From NCBI GenBank assembly GCA_947244325.1, contig CAMXJY010000003.1:267-64266 (forward strand): a DNA stretch of 64,000 bases, in the 5' to 3' direction. The DNA comes from an uncultured Clostridium sp. Lineage in GTDB: Bacteria; Bacillota; Clostridia; TANB77; CAG-508. The number at the start of each line of letters is the position of its first letter. Position 1 is the stretch's first letter. A model generated the notes under the pieces. The model worked only from the letters and a program-made list of their open reading frames with translations, was not told the DNA's origin and searched no databases. Below, one piece after another: positions 29,398 through 40,394 of this stretch. The position numbers and the translations under genes are program-made.

Positions 29398-30960
29398 CTA
29401 GTCTACTATTCTTTTTGCTACTATAAAACGTTCATTATAGTATGTGCTTGTATTTAAGTTGTCTGTTACTACTCCTCTTTGTGGATTTGCTGCATGTACA
29501 AATTCTCCATTAGAAATATAAATTCCTGTATGTCCTATTTTATTTTTTCCCTCGTCATAAAATAAAATTAAATCACCTGCTTTTAAATCCTCTTTTGATA
29601 CATCTGTACCTATATTATTTTGATTTGCAGCTGTAGTTCCTAAATTATATCCAAAATTTGCGAATACATATCTTGTAAATCCTGAACAATCAAATCCTGA
29701 TTCTGGTGTTTTACCACCAACTACATATGATGTTCCTAAATAGTTTTTAGCATAATTTGCAACATCTTCTCCTTTAGTAACTTTCGCTGTTTCAGATGAT
29801 AACATACTACTTACAGCATTATTTACTTCTTGGTCCACTTTCATTTCTTCTTTATTATCTATTGGTGTTCTTTCTTCTGAGGAACTTCTTGAAGATACAT
29901 TTGAAACTGTTACTAATGTCTTTTTTATATATCCAGAAGTACTTCCAGCTGTAATTTTATACCAATCTCCCTCTTCTCCGGTAATTGTTACTGTATCTCC
30001 ATAATCTAAAAGACTTATGAATTTTGAACTTTGATTTGCTTTTTCTCTTACTTTTGCTGTTTCTACATTAACTTTTCCTGTCTTATTAGAATTTGTTTGA
30101 GATTGATTATTACTTGCTGTAGTATTATTAACTACGTTATTTGTACTATTATTATCTACTTCGTTAGCAATATTCGTACTTACCAAATTAGCAGTATTTG
30201 TACTTGCTGTATTAGTAGTATTATTTACTGCACTTGTATTACTAGTATTGGTTTCTGCTGGAGTTTCTGGTGTACTTTCATTAGATTCTTGAGTTACAGC
30301 TGATGTAGAAATTTTAGCTTTTGGTAACCATCCTGTTATATTTCCATCTGTAACTTGCACCCAATTTTTAACTTCTAAAACTTTTGTTAATTGCTTTCCA
30401 GCTTCTATTTCTGTAATTTTATTAGACATTAAATTTGGAACTATTCTCAAATTTACTGATGTACTTACAGAAATTATATCACCATTTTCATTTGATTGAT
30501 TATTTGAAACTTGTGCATTATTCTCATCTGCAACATTTTGTGTATTTGTATTTTGTACAGATGTATTTTGAACATTTGCTACATTTTGATTATTAGTATT
30601 TGTAGCTGTATTTTTAGTAGATGTATTCTGAGCAGTATTATTTTGCTCTGATACTGTATTTGATGAAGCAGTATTAGTATTATTTTGATTATTAGTATTT
30701 GTAATTTTTTCAGTTACAAATTCCTTTTTTACATATCCTGTATTATTTTGATATTTAACTTTATACCAATCTCCGCTTTCTTCTAGTATTTCAACTTCTT
30801 CACCTTTATAAATATTAGTTATTATATTAGAAGAAGTATTGGCTTCTTTTCTAAGTCTTGCAGCTTGTGCATTTACATTACCTGTTTGAGCAAAAGAAGT
30901 ACCAATTAAAAAATAAGTTACTATAATAATAACAAAAGTTATTTTTTTTAAATTTCTCAT
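29398..30960 (-). CDS. NlpC/P60 cell-wall hydrolase with two SH3b domains and long N/T/S-rich low-complexity linkers
   Basis: The C-terminal NlpC/P60 motifs are FDCSGFTRYVF...GHTGIY...H. Two SH3_3-like modules are present (GDWYKV...GYVKK). A signal peptide is present. Confidence 0.8.
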   Translation of the reverse strand: MRNLKKITFVIIIVTYFLIGTSFAQTGNVNAQAARLRKEANTSSNIITNIYKGEEVEILEESGDWYKVKYQNNTGYVKKEFVTEKITNTNNQNNTNTASSNTVSEQNNTAQNTSTKNTATNTNNQNVANVQNTSVQNTNTQNVADENNAQVSNNQSNENGDIISVSTSVNLRIVPNLMSNKITEIEAGKQLTKVLEVKNWVQVTDGNITGWLPKAKISTSAVTQESNESTPETPAETNTSNTSAVNNTTNTASTNTANLVSTNIANEVDNNSTNNVVNNTTASNNQSQTNSNKTGKVNVETAKVREKANQSSKFISLLDYGDTVTITGEEGDWYKITAGSTSGYIKKTLVTVSNVSSRSSSEERTPIDNKEEMKVDQEVNNAVSSMLSSETAKVTKGEDVANYAKNYLGTSYVVGGKTPESGFDCSGFTRYVFANFGYNLGTTAANQNNIGTDVSKEDLKAGDLILFYDEGKNKIGHTGIYISNGEFVHAANPQRGVVTDNLNTSTYYNERFIVAKRIVD

Positions 30961-30975
30961 AAATAATTACCTCTA

Positions 30976-32805
30976 TTAATTATTATCTTCTAAATTTAAT
31001 TTTATATGTACTTCTTCTAATTGTTTATCAAAAACTTTAGATGGTGCATTCATTAATAAGTCTCTTGCTTTTTTATTTTTAGGGAATGCTATAACTTCTC
31101 TTATGCTATCCTCTTTTGCAAGAAGCATAATAACTCTATCAATTCCCGCTGCTGCACCAGCATGTGGTGGTGTTCCATAACTAAATGCATTAAATAACGC
31201 ACCAAATTTTCCTTTTACATCTTCTTCTGTATATCCTGCTGTTTCAAAAGCTTTAACCATTATATCTTGGTCATGATTTCTTACAGCACCTGATAAAATT
31301 TCATATCCATTACATACTGCATCATATTGATATGCATATATATCTAGTGGATCTTTTGTATTTAATGCCTCTAATCCACCTTGTGGCATTGAGAATGGAT
31401 TATGATTGAAATCTATTGTTCCTTCATCTGATAACTCATACATTGGAAAATCTACTATAAAGCAGAATCTATAAGTATCTTTTTCTAATAAATCTAATTC
31501 TTCTCCAAGTTTAATTCTAACATTTCCTGCTATTTTAACTGCTTTATCATAACTATCTGCAACAAAGAATATCGCTGAATTTGGTTTTACATTCATTTTT
31601 TCAAATATTTTAGCTTTTCTTTCATCATCTATAAATTTACTTATTCCACCACTTAAGTTTCCATCACCATCTACTTTAACCCATGCTAATCCTTTTGCTT
31701 CTAATTCTTGTACTGCATAATCAGACATACTATCAAAGAATTTTCTAGGCTTTTCTTCCATATTTTCAGTAACTATTGCTTTAACTGTTTTATCTTTAAA
31801 TGCGTTGAATTCTGTTCCTTCAAAAATATCAGTTAAATCTGAAATAACTAGTGGATTTCTTAAATCTGGTTTATCTGTACCATATTTCTCCATTGCTTCA
31901 CTAAATGGTATTCTTATAAATGGTCCTTCATCTACATGCCAATTTGTATTTTCTTTGAAAACTTTTGGCAAAACAGTTTCTATTACTCCAAATACATCTT
32001 CTTGTGTAGCAAAACTCATTTCAAAATCTAATTGATAGAATTCTCCTGGAGAACGATCTGCTCTAGGGTCCTCATCTCTAAAACATGGAGCTATTTGATA
32101 ATATTTTTCAAATCCTGATACCATTAGTAATTGTTTAAATTGTTGTGGTGCTTGAGGAAGTGCATAAAATTCTCCTGGGTGTAATCTACTTGGTACTAGG
32201 AAATCTCTTGCTCCTTCTGGTGAAGAATTTGCAAGTATTGGTGTTTGTATTTCTGTAAATCCTAATTCATCCATAGCTGTTCTAAAGTCTTTCAAAATTT
32301 TAGAACGTAATATAATATTTTTATGAATTTTATCGTTTCTTAAATCTAAAAATCTATATTCCAATCTTAAATCTTCTCTAACATTTTGACCTTCTACATT
32401 TATTTCAAATGGTAATGCATTTCTACATTTTCCTAAAACTGTTACAGATTTAGCAATAACTTCTATTTCTCCTGTAGGAATTTTATCATTTTTACTGCTT
32501 CTTTCTACAACTTCTCCAGTAACTGTAATAGTACATTCCTTAGTTACATCTTTATTATTAATCTCTTCTGATAACACAATTTGTGTAATTCCATTTTGAT
32601 CTCTTAAATCTATAAAAGCCATTTTTCCAAGATTTCTTATTGTTTGTACAAATCCTGCTAATCTAACTTCTTTATTTACATCTGATATTCTAAGTTCTCC
32701 ACAATTGTGTGTTTTATATTCATTTACCATAGCTTTTTCTCCTCTTTTAGCACATTTTGATTTATTATACAATATTTGTATTTTTTTTTCAATATGATAT
32801 ATCAA
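30976..32805 (-). CDS. aspS: Aspartate--tRNA ligase. The likely true start is the internal ATG near 32730 (MVNEYKTHNCGELR), with the RBS AGGAGAAAAAGCT
   Basis: An N-terminal anticodon-binding OB fold is followed by class-II motifs FRDEDPRADR, QLDFEMSF and GAAAGIDRVIMLL. Confidence 0.85.
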   Translation of the reverse strand: MIYHIEKKIQILYNKSKCAKRGEKAMVNEYKTHNCGELRISDVNKEVRLAGFVQTIRNLGKMAFIDLRDQNGITQIVLSEEINNKDVTKECTITVTGEVVERSSKNDKIPTGEIEVIAKSVTVLGKCRNALPFEINVEGQNVREDLRLEYRFLDLRNDKIHKNIILRSKILKDFRTAMDELGFTEIQTPILANSSPEGARDFLVPSRLHPGEFYALPQAPQQFKQLLMVSGFEKYYQIAPCFRDEDPRADRSPGEFYQLDFEMSFATQEDVFGVIETVLPKVFKENTNWHVDEGPFIRIPFSEAMEKYGTDKPDLRNPLVISDLTDIFEGTEFNAFKDKTVKAIVTENMEEKPRKFFDSMSDYAVQELEAKGLAWVKVDGDGNLSGGISKFIDDERKAKIFEKMNVKPNSAIFFVADSYDKAVKIAGNVRIKLGEELDLLEKDTYRFCFIVDFPMYELSDEGTIDFNHNPFSMPQGGLEALNTKDPLDIYAYQYDAVCNGYEILSGAVRNHDQDIMVKAFETAGYTEEDVKGKFGALFNAFSYGTPPHAGAAAGIDRVIMLLAKEDSIREVIAFPKNKKARDLLMNAPSKVFDKQLEEVHIKLNLEDNN

Positions 32806-32844
32806 TAAAAAAAGGATATTAGAAAAATCTAATACCCCATTTTT

Positions 32845-33993
32845 TTATTTATATAATATCATTCTAAATCCCCAATAATTATCTGATGTATTTTCTGAAT
32901 AATATTGATGGCTACTTGGTGGTCTGCATAAGCTTGCTGCTCCACCACGAACTACTCTATAAATTAAGTTTTCATCTTCATCATTGTTTCTACTTGAAGA
33001 TGATGTATCTTCTGATGGCTTATAAATTTCTGTAGTCCATTCTCTTACATTTCCAGCTATATCAAAAATATGATTCATTTCATCTTTCTCTGTTACTCCT
33101 GTTGGAAATATTGTTCCATCATAATTTCCATAAGTTGTACTAGAAGAATAAGTTTCTGTTGTTGTATCTATCCATGCTAAAGTAGTATCCCATGCATAAC
33201 TATTTATTAAAGCTGTATGACAATCTTCATATTCAAATATTTCTCCTGATTTATTTGCTGCTTCCATAGCATCTTGGAAAGTTATGTTTGTCCATGGAAC
33301 TTTTCCTTGCATAGATGCTGCTACTATTTCTCCATCTTTTTCAAATTGTGATGCTTCAAATCTTGCCATATAAAATCCATAGTATTTTGCAACACTATTT
33401 ACTAATGCTGATGCTGTACTATTTGATTCTTCATAATTTATACTTAACATTGTATTACGTGTTAGTTTTCCTGTTTCTACTGGAATCCAAACATATTGAT
33501 TTCCTTCTTCATCTTCTATTACAAATCCTTCATCTACACTTGCATCTTCGTCTACAGGAGTAAAACCTTCTGGTATATATGGATTATTTGAAGAAATTTC
33601 TGGTATTTCTGTAACTTCTATTGATAAGTTATCAGATTCTCCATTTACACAATTTGCTGTAAATTTATATTTTCCATTCTCTTCTACTTCATATGTTGCT
33701 GTATCTCCTTCTACAACAGTTCCATCTGGAAGTATTATTTCTTTAATTCCAGCTTTATCTGTTGTAGTGGCATATGCAGTAATAGTTACTTTTTTAGGCT
33801 TGTCCCCTTCTGAATCTTTACTTAAATTAATTACTGGTTTAGTTGAAACATCACTAGGATTTTCCTTATTATTTGTAGTTCCTGGAATATTTCCTGTTAC
33901 AATGAAATTAATTATAAGAGCACCAACTGCAATAAAAACAACTATTAATGCTATAATTACTACTGGTGATAATTTACTTCCTCCCATTTTCAT
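32845..33993 (-). CDS. Membrane-anchored protein with an Ig-like domain and a C-terminal FGE-sulfatase (SUMF1-like) domain
   Basis: It has an N-terminal TM. The C-terminal region carries NVREWT, RVVRGG and GFRM motifs typical of the formylglycine-generating-enzyme fold. Confidence 0.5.
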   Translation of the reverse strand: MKMGGSKLSPVVIIALIVVFIAVGALIINFIVTGNIPGTTNNKENPSDVSTKPVINLSKDSEGDKPKKVTITAYATTTDKAGIKEIILPDGTVVEGDTATYEVEENGKYKFTANCVNGESDNLSIEVTEIPEISSNNPYIPEGFTPVDEDASVDEGFVIEDEEGNQYVWIPVETGKLTRNTMLSINYEESNSTASALVNSVAKYYGFYMARFEASQFEKDGEIVAASMQGKVPWTNITFQDAMEAANKSGEIFEYEDCHTALINSYAWDTTLAWIDTTTETYSSSTTYGNYDGTIFPTGVTEKDEMNHIFDIAGNVREWTTEIYKPSEDTSSSSRNNDEDENLIYRVVRGGAASLCRPPSSHQYYSENTSDNYWGFRMILYK

Positions 33994-34077
33994 TCTCTCC
34001 TTTTGTATATTATATAAAATATTAAATCATATAATACAATTTTTTTCAAACCTTTTTTATAAAAATATTATTTTTTT

Positions 34078-34118
34078 TAAACAAAAAACGAGACAATTTA
34101 GATTGCCTCGTATTTTAT
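34078..34118 (-). terminator. Rho-independent terminator of the rplU-rpmA operon
   Basis: The stem CGAGACAAT / ATTGCCTCG is flanked by an A-run on plus, which is a T-run on minus. Confidence 0.6.
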
Positions 34119-34122
34119 TTAT

Positions 34123-34380
34123 TTACTCTGCTGGATAAACACTTACTTGTTTTTTATCTTTACCTTTTCTTTCAAATTTAACTGTTCCATCTACTAAAGC
34201 AAATAAAGTGTCATCACTACCGATTCCAACATTAGTTCCTGGATGTACGTTTGTTCCTCTTTGTCTTATTATTATATTTCCAGCTTTAACTATTTGTCCA
34301 TCAGATTTTTTAACACCAAGTCTTTTTGACTCACTATCTCTTCCGTTCTTAACACTACCTTGACCTTTTTTGTGTGCCAT
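34123..34380 (-). CDS. rpmA: 50S ribosomal protein L27
   Basis: [25 protein letters not shown]... is a highly conserved L27 N-terminus. Confidence 0.95.
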   Translation of the reverse strand: MAHKKGQGSVKNGRDSESKRLGVKKSDGQIVKAGNIIIRQRGTNVHPGTNVGIGSDDTLFALVDGTVKFERKGKDKKQVSVYPAE

Positions 34381-34452
34381 GAAAGATTCACTCCTTTCGC
34401 TTTATATTTTATTTATAACATTTATTAATTTCGATATAAGTTATAAAAATTA

Positions 34453-34836
34453 CTATTTAGCTGCTTTTTCTGTTTTTTCAGCTTTTTCTGCTTTCTCAGC
34501 AGCTGGTTTTTCAGCCTTTTCAGCTTTAACTTTTATTGAAGTAATTTCTACTTTAGAGTAGTCTTGTCTATGTCCTCTAGTTTTTCTTTCATTCTTTTTA
34601 GGTTTATACTTGAAAACTAAAATTTTCTTTGATCTACCATTAGACACTACCTTTCCTTCAACTTTAGCATTAGACACATAAGGATTTCCAACTTGTATTT
34701 TTCCGTCATTAGATACTAAAACAACTTTATCAAAAGAAACTTTTTTTCCTTCTTCTGTATCTAATTTTTCAAAATATACAGTTTCACCTTCTTGTACTTT
34801 ATATTGTCTACCACATGCTTCAATTATTGCGTACAT
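34453..34836 (-). CDS. rplU: 50S ribosomal protein L21, with a lysine/alanine-rich C-terminal KAEK repeat tail
   Basis: It starts MYAIIEACGRQYKVQEGETV, then ends with ...KAEKAEKPAAEKAEKAEKTEKAAK. Confidence 0.95.
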   Translation of the reverse strand: MYAIIEACGRQYKVQEGETVYFEKLDTEEGKKVSFDKVVLVSNDGKIQVGNPYVSNAKVEGKVVSNGRSKKILVFKYKPKKNERKTRGHRQDYSKVEITSIKVKAEKAEKPAAEKAEKAEKTEKAAK

Positions 34837-34958
34837 TTAAAATGCACCTCCCTTTTCGTATACTCGCTAACTTCCAACTTGGGTAACTATTTAATAATAG
34901 TATTTATAAACCCTAGTTAAGCAGTTTACAGTAATAGATTTTAACACGATTTACAGAT
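34837..34958 (-). ncRNA. Candidate L21-leader autoregulatory RNA, with a sigma-A promoter (TTGACA-17-TAAAAT at about 34929-34958)
   Basis: The roughly 85-nt 5'UTR is noticeably GC-richer than its surroundings. A near-consensus promoter lies upstream. Firmicutes rplU operons are known to carry an L21 leader structure. Confidence 0.35.
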
Positions 34959-35046
34959 TTTGTCAAGCTTTTTATATTTAACTTAAAATATAAAAAGTAA
35001 ATTTGTATGTAGTATTTATTAGAAAAGTTCTCTATACTTTCTATAA

Positions 35047-35078
35047 AATAAAAACGATAAGCTAAAATGCTTATCGCT
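35047..35078 (-). terminator. Rho-independent terminator downstream of ORF 35091-35456
   Basis: The stem CGATAAGC-TAAAAT-GCTTATCG is followed by a T-run on minus. Confidence 0.6.
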
Positions 35079-35090
35079 ACTATATTCTAT

Positions 35091-35456
35091 TTATTTTTCT
35101 TCTCTATCTCTTCCGCCTGGTTGTCTTACATTATTTTTTAATTCTCCTGCTGGTTTTATATCTACATTTGTTGCTTCAACTTTTTCCATTGTTGAATCCG
35201 TTCTATGGCTAGAGTTATCACTAGGTAAAATTTGAATTTCTGAATCTACTTTTGCTTGTGATTTTTTTCCATTTTCAATAGAACCTCTTTGAGCCTTTAT
35301 TAATTCTATAGCATCTTCTTTAGAAATTATACCATTTTTAATAGCAACAGCTGTTGCTGTTGTTAAAAATGTTTCTTCATCTTCTTCAACACATTGTTCT
35401 GGATGATATCTGAAAATTACACTAAATCCATTTGCAAGATCCTTTATTAAACTCAT
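35091..35456 (-). CDS. Hypothetical protein (121 aa)
   Basis: The ORF has an RBS and its own terminator. I recognise no family. Confidence 0.4.
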   Translation of the reverse strand: MSLIKDLANGFSVIFRYHPEQCVEEDEETFLTTATAVAIKNGIISKEDAIELIKAQRGSIENGKKSQAKVDSEIQILPSDNSSHRTDSTMEKVEATNVDIKPAGELKNNVRQPGGRDREEK

Positions 35457-35526
35457 AATACTATTTACTAGGAATTACCTAGTTCCTCCTTATTAATTAA
35501 TTCACAAAATATAAATTTATTATAAC

Positions 35527-35557
35527 AGAAAAAGTCCTTAAAATCAAGGACTTTTTA
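35527..35557. terminator. Bidirectional terminator downstream of rpoD (AGTCCTT-AAAATC-AAGGACT)
   Basis: A perfect 7-bp stem has A-runs and T-runs on either side. Confidence 0.7.
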
Positions 35558-35706
35558 AAAATAATTTACATAATTCTGTTCTTTTTTATAAAATTTATAA
35601 TTTTTTATTGTATTTTTAAATTAAAAATAATGTAAGTATCAGTTTTTTATGTTACCTCTAAATTTTAATTTTATAAAAATTTCATTTTAATATTTTTACT
35701 TTTAAT

Positions 35707-37011
35707 CTAATTCATATAGTCTTTTAATCTCTTACTTCTACTTGGATGTCTTAATTTTCTTAAAGCTTTTGCTTCAATTTGTCTTATTCTTTCACGAGTT
35801 ACTTGGAATTCTTTACCTACTTCTTCTAATGTTCTTGCTTTTCCATCTTCTAATCCAAATCTTAATTTTAAAACTTTTGCTTCTCTTGGTGTTAATGTAC
35901 TCATAACTTCTTCAAGTTGCTCTTTTAATAATGTATATGCTGCTGAGTCATGTGGAGCTGGTGATTCATCATCAGGAATAAAATCTCCTAAATGACTATC
36001 ATCTTCTTCTCCTATTGGTGTTTCTAATGAAACTGGATCTTGGGCTATTTTTTGAATTTCCATAACCTTTTCTACTGGTATTTCCATTTCTTCAGCAATT
36101 TCTTCTGGTGTAGGTTCTCTTCCTAAAATTTGAAGTAAGTGTCTTGATGTACGAATTAATTTATTTATTGTTTCTACCATATGAACTGGTATTCTTATTG
36201 TTCTTGCTTGGTCTGCTATAGCTCTTGTTATAGCTTGTCTAATCCACCATGTTGCATATGTGCTGAATTTATATCCTTTTTTATAATCAAACTTTTCTAC
36301 AGCTTTTATTAATCCCATATTTCCTTCTTGGATTAAATCTAAGAATAACATTCCTCTTCCAACATATTTTTTAGCTATACTTACAACTAATCTTAAATTT
36401 GATTCTGCAAGTTTTTGTTTTGCTTCTTCGTCACCTTCTAAGACTTTTTCAGCAAGTTCTAATTCTTCTTCAAAATTAAGTAGTGGTATTCTACCAATTT
36501 CTCTTAAGTACATTCTTACAGGATCATCAACACTAACGCCTTCTATGTTAACTAAATCAATTTCTTCAAGTTTAATATCTTCTACTTCATCTAAGTCCTC
36601 TATATCTGGTTCTAAGAAATCTTCATCATCTTTTAATACATTTACCCCTATTTCTTCAAAAGCTTCAAATACTTTATCTATTTGTTCAGGATTTGCCTCT
36701 CCAAGTTCTGCTGCTAATTCTCCATATGTTATTTTTCCTTTTTCTTTAGCTGCATTTACTATTTTTAAAAGTTTTTCTTTTTCTGTATCTTCTTCTCCAG
36801 ATTTTTTATCACTTTCTTTGTTAGCTTTCTTTGTATCTTCTTTTTTAGAACTTTCTGTATCTTTCTTTTTATCAGTTTCTTTTGACTTTTCTTCTTTTTT
36901 CTTAGTAGCTTTTGTCTCTTCTACTACTTCTTCTTTCTTAGCTTTTTTCTTTCTTGTAGGTTTTTCTTCATCTATAACTTCTTCTACTACATCTTTTTCT
37001 GTTTTTTTCAT
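35707..37011 (-). CDS. rpoD: RNA polymerase primary sigma factor sigma-70 (SigA/RpoD)
   Basis: A K/E-rich N-terminal region is followed by regions 2-4: [54 protein letters not shown] and the C-terminal [15 protein letters not shown]. Confidence 0.95.
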   Translation of the reverse strand: MKKTEKDVVEEVIDEEKPTRKKKAKKEEVVEETKATKKKEEKSKETDKKKDTESSKKEDTKKANKESDKKSGEEDTEKEKLLKIVNAAKEKGKITYGELAAELGEANPEQIDKVFEAFEEIGVNVLKDDEDFLEPDIEDLDEVEDIKLEEIDLVNIEGVSVDDPVRMYLREIGRIPLLNFEEELELAEKVLEGDEEAKQKLAESNLRLVVSIAKKYVGRGMLFLDLIQEGNMGLIKAVEKFDYKKGYKFSTYATWWIRQAITRAIADQARTIRIPVHMVETINKLIRTSRHLLQILGREPTPEEIAEEMEIPVEKVMEIQKIAQDPVSLETPIGEEDDSHLGDFIPDDESPAPHDSAAYTLLKEQLEEVMSTLTPREAKVLKLRFGLEDGKARTLEEVGKEFQVTRERIRQIEAKALRKLRHPSRSKRLKDYMN

Positions 37012-37027
37012 TTTTTTTATATACCTC

Positions 37028-38809
37028 CTACTTATTTTTAGCTAATTCTATTATAATATCACTCAATTCCTGTTCAAGCTTAGCTATTTCATCTTTTGTT
37101 AGAGAAGAACTATTTTCTAATGCCATTATAATTTCATTTTTCTTATTTGATAGTCTGTCTTTATTATAAATATTTATTACGTCTTCTATACATTTTTCTA
37201 CAGAATTTATTTCATAATCAGTTACTAAAATTTCACTTACATGTGATTGTATTTCTGTATCTTCAATATTTGCTATTGTTTGCACTATTTTTTCACTTTC
37301 TTCTGCTGTTGATTCTAAAATTTTTTCAAAAATCTTTTTATTCGTATCTAGCTTAAAATCGTCTAATGTTATATTAGTTACTATTGGTTCATAAGATTCT
37401 CTAAAATAATTTATAAGCAAATATATAAGCATGTTCTCTCTTTTTATTATGGCTGGACTAACTTCTTCTGCCTTTGGCTGTTTTATAATCGGTTTTACTA
37501 AAACTTTTTCATTTATATCTTTGTATGAAACTTTGTTTACTTCTGCATAAATTGCTTCTCGTGAAATATTATATTGATTAGCCACTTTATCAATATATAT
37601 TTCTCTTTCAATTTTGTTATCAACACTTGAAAGTACCTTTGTTATTTCCTTTAAAAATCTAATTTTATCATTAGCATTTTCAAGATTGTATTTATTTTTT
37701 AGCATTTTTATTCTAAATTCAACTAATGAAATAGCTTTTTCAATTAATAAATTAAATCTACCACTTCCATATTTTATAACATATTCATCTGGATCTTTTG
37801 CACCTTCCATTTGCAATACTCTTGCATCACAACCTTGTCCTTCAAGAATTCCTAAAGCCCTCATTATTGCTTCTTGACCTGCACTATCAGAATCATAACT
37901 TAATATTATTTGCTCACTATATTTTCTTAATAACCTTCCCTGCTCTTCTGTTAAGGCTGTTCCTAGTGATGCAACAACATTATCAAACCCTCTTTGATAC
38001 AGTGATATAGCATCCATATATCCTTCGACTAATATAATTCTTTTAGAATCTGATTGTTTTGCTAAGTTTAATGCAAATAAATGCTTCTTTTTTGAATATA
38101 CTAAGTTTTCATTAGAATTTATGTATTTTGCCATTTTATCATTATTTTCTAATTTTCTACCACCAAAAGCTATAACTCTACCATTTACTTCCATTATTGG
38201 AAACATCAGCCTTTTTCTAAATCTATCAAGAAAATCCCCTTTTTCCGTTTTATTTACAAGTCCAGTTGCTAATATTTCTTCATCTTTAAATCCTTGTGCT
38301 TTTAAATGTTTATATAATTCGTTATATTCTCCTGAATATCCTATTTTAAAAGCTTTTAAAGTTTTATTATCTAGCTTTCTTTCCTTAACATAGTCTTGTG
38401 CTATTTTTGCTAATGGTTTATATAACCTCTCGTGGTAAAAGATTGTTGCCTCTGCATTAATTTTATACATTCTATCTTTTAGATATTGTGTTTTATTAAA
38501 TTCTGTATTTTGTGATACTGGCAATTCTATTCTTGCACGTTCTGCTAAAATTTCTAAAGCTTCTTTAAATGAAACTCTTTCAATTTCACTAACAAATGTA
38601 AATACGTCTCCACCTTTATGGCATCCAAAGCAATGAAAATATTGCCTATCAGCCGAAACAGAAAAAGAAGGTGATTTTTCTTTATGAAATGGACATAATC
38701 CAAAAAAATTTCTACCACTTCTTTTTAAAGTTACATATTGAGAAACTACATCAACTATATCATTTGCTGATCTTACTTCCTCTTTTAATTCATCAGTGTA
38801 TTGAACCAT
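37028..38809 (-). CDS. dnaG: DNA primase
   Basis: The zinc ribbon is [13 protein letters not shown]...[11 protein letters not shown]. The TOPRIM domain carries EGYMDAISL and DSDSAGQ. Length is 593 aa, immediately upstream of rpoD. Confidence 0.9.
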   Translation of the reverse strand: MVQYTDELKEEVRSANDIVDVVSQYVTLKRSGRNFFGLCPFHKEKSPSFSVSADRQYFHCFGCHKGGDVFTFVSEIERVSFKEALEILAERARIELPVSQNTEFNKTQYLKDRMYKINAEATIFYHERLYKPLAKIAQDYVKERKLDNKTLKAFKIGYSGEYNELYKHLKAQGFKDEEILATGLVNKTEKGDFLDRFRKRLMFPIMEVNGRVIAFGGRKLENNDKMAKYINSNENLVYSKKKHLFALNLAKQSDSKRIILVEGYMDAISLYQRGFDNVVASLGTALTEEQGRLLRKYSEQIILSYDSDSAGQEAIMRALGILEGQGCDARVLQMEGAKDPDEYVIKYGSGRFNLLIEKAISLVEFRIKMLKNKYNLENANDKIRFLKEITKVLSSVDNKIEREIYIDKVANQYNISREAIYAEVNKVSYKDINEKVLVKPIIKQPKAEEVSPAIIKRENMLIYLLINYFRESYEPIVTNITLDDFKLDTNKKIFEKILESTAEESEKIVQTIANIEDTEIQSHVSEILVTDYEINSVEKCIEDVINIYNKDRLSNKKNEIIMALENSSSLTKDEIAKLEQELSDIIIELAKNK

Positions 38810-38830
38810 TTTTTAACCTTTCTTTTATAA

Positions 38831-38917
38831 TATTCGACACATATTATTCAAATCCTTCATTTTTTATGTAAATCATTTTATTTATGCATATTTTTTTCAA
38901 ACAATATTCGACATATA
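38831..38917 (-). promoter_or_regulatory. Two 16-bp direct repeats AATATTCGACA(C)ATAT, each containing a perfect Spo0A-box heptamer TGTCGAA on the minus strand, upstream of dnaG
   Basis: The repeats are at 38831-38846 and 38902-38917. The TTCGACA core is the reverse complement of the 0A box consensus TGTCGAA. Confidence 0.35.
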
Positions 38918-39016
38918 TATTCTTATCAATTCTTTATTTAATATAAATTATAATATCATAAACTTTTTTTGCCTTTTAAGTATTACTATTCTAAACTTGA
39001 ATATTTCATATCATAC

Positions 39017-39052
39017 AAAAAAAGATTATATATTTTTATATAATCTTTTTTC
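39017..39052. terminator. Bidirectional terminator downstream of carD (AAGATTATATA-TTT-TATATAATCTT)
   Basis: A perfect 11-bp palindrome has an A7 run before it and a T6 run after it. Confidence 0.7.
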
Positions 39053-39116
39053 TTAATAGACAATTTTATTTTATCTTAAAATTTACATCTAATATAAATT
39101 TTAAGTTCTAATTTTA

Positions 39117-39701
39117 TTAGTTTGCTGAAACAAATTTTTTAACTATATTATTTGCTGTAGAATCTTCTTGCATTCCAACTGCTTTTTGTAGTTCTTCCTG
39201 TGGAACTATTCCATGTAATTCGTATGATGTATTAATCTTGTTGTCTACTAATTCTTCGACTTCTTCTTTTTCCTTGCTTTCTGCTAATACTAATTCACTA
39301 ACTAAAATTTGTTTTGCGTTTAATAACATTTTTTTCTCTGTTGTAGATAATCCTTTATCTTTTTGTTTGAAACTTAAATTTCTTACTATATCTGCAACTT
39401 CAAATATATCTCCTGACTTCATTTTTTCAACATTGTCTCTGTATCTTTTGTTCCACTTCATAGACATTTCTGTGCTGTCTTGTTCTAAAACATTTATTAC
39501 TTTTCCGGCTGTCTCTTTATCTATAATATTTCGTACTCCAATTTCCTCCGCTTTTGCTGTAGGTACCATTACTTTCACTTCACCTGGCATTTTTATGATA
39601 TAATATGATTGTTTTTCATCTAAGATTGCTCTTTCTTCAATCGTTTCAATCACACCAGCTCCGTGCATTGGGTATACTATTTTATCTCCTACTTTAAACA
39701 T
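39117..39701 (-). CDS. carD: CarD-family transcriptional regulator (CdnL/TRCF-RID domain)
   Basis: The N-terminal MFKVGDKIVYPMHGAGVIETIEERAILDEKQSYYII is typical of CarD_CdnL_TRCF. Length is 194 aa. Confidence 0.8.
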   Translation of the reverse strand: MFKVGDKIVYPMHGAGVIETIEERAILDEKQSYYIIKMPGEVKVMVPTAKAEEIGVRNIIDKETAGKVINVLEQDSTEMSMKWNKRYRDNVEKMKSGDIFEVADIVRNLSFKQKDKGLSTTEKKMLLNAKQILVSELVLAESKEKEEVEELVDNKINTSYELHGIVPQEELQKAVGMQEDSTANNIVKKFVSAN

Positions 39702-39870
39702 TTTTAATTCGTCACTCCTTCCAAGTAATACTAAAATTACTACAATAAAATTATACTACAAAAATTACCAAAAGTCAAAGAATTCTAACGAATTAATTAA
39801 TTTTTTTTCACATTTATATTACATTTTCTCAAAAGTACTTGCCAAATCTGTTTTTTAGAGTTTTAATATA

Positions 39871-40329
39871 TTATTTACTTGTTGAACCAAATCCACCGAC
39901 TCTTTCACCTTCAGCTGAATCATTATCTGCTACTAAATATTTTTTGAATATTGCTTGTCCTATAGCATCTCCTTTTTTTATTTCTATATCTTCATCTTTT
40001 AAATTAAAAAATGAAAACATAAAATGTCCATCATTATCTGGATTTCCATAATAGTCTTTATCTATTACCCCTACACCATTTGCCATTACTAATCCTCTTT
40101 TTCCTGGATTAGAGCTTCTATTGCAAAGTATTAAAACTTCATCATCTTCCATATATGCTTTTAATCCTGTTTTTACTAAAGTTGGTTTTTGTCCTTTTTT
40201 AAAAGATGGTATAGTGCAATCCTCTGCTGCTTCTATATCATATCCTGCTGAATATTTTGTTTTTCTTACTGGTAAATTAATTCCTGCATTTTCAAATCCT
40301 TTTGCTACTTCAAATCCACGTTTTTTCAT
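39871..40329 (-). CDS. dut: dUTP diphosphatase
   Basis: It carries the SAGYDI motif, a G-rich motif and the C-terminal RVGGFGSTSK motif. Length is 152 aa. Confidence 0.85.
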   Translation of the reverse strand: MKKRGFEVAKGFENAGINLPVRKTKYSAGYDIEAAEDCTIPSFKKGQKPTLVKTGLKAYMEDDEVLILCNRSSNPGKRGLVMANGVGVIDKDYYGNPDNDGHFMFSFFNLKDEDIEIKKGDAIGQAIFKKYLVADNDSAEGERVGGFGSTSK

Positions 40330-40394
40330 CTTTATTTTCTCCTTTATTTATTTTTTCACATTATATAATTTTATTTATCAAATTTCAATGTTTT

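Noticed and set aside
36545-37045. 166-aa Ser-rich plus-strand ORF
   Set aside because: It lies entirely antisense to rpoD. Its composition is driven by the K/E-rich codons of rpoD read backwards.
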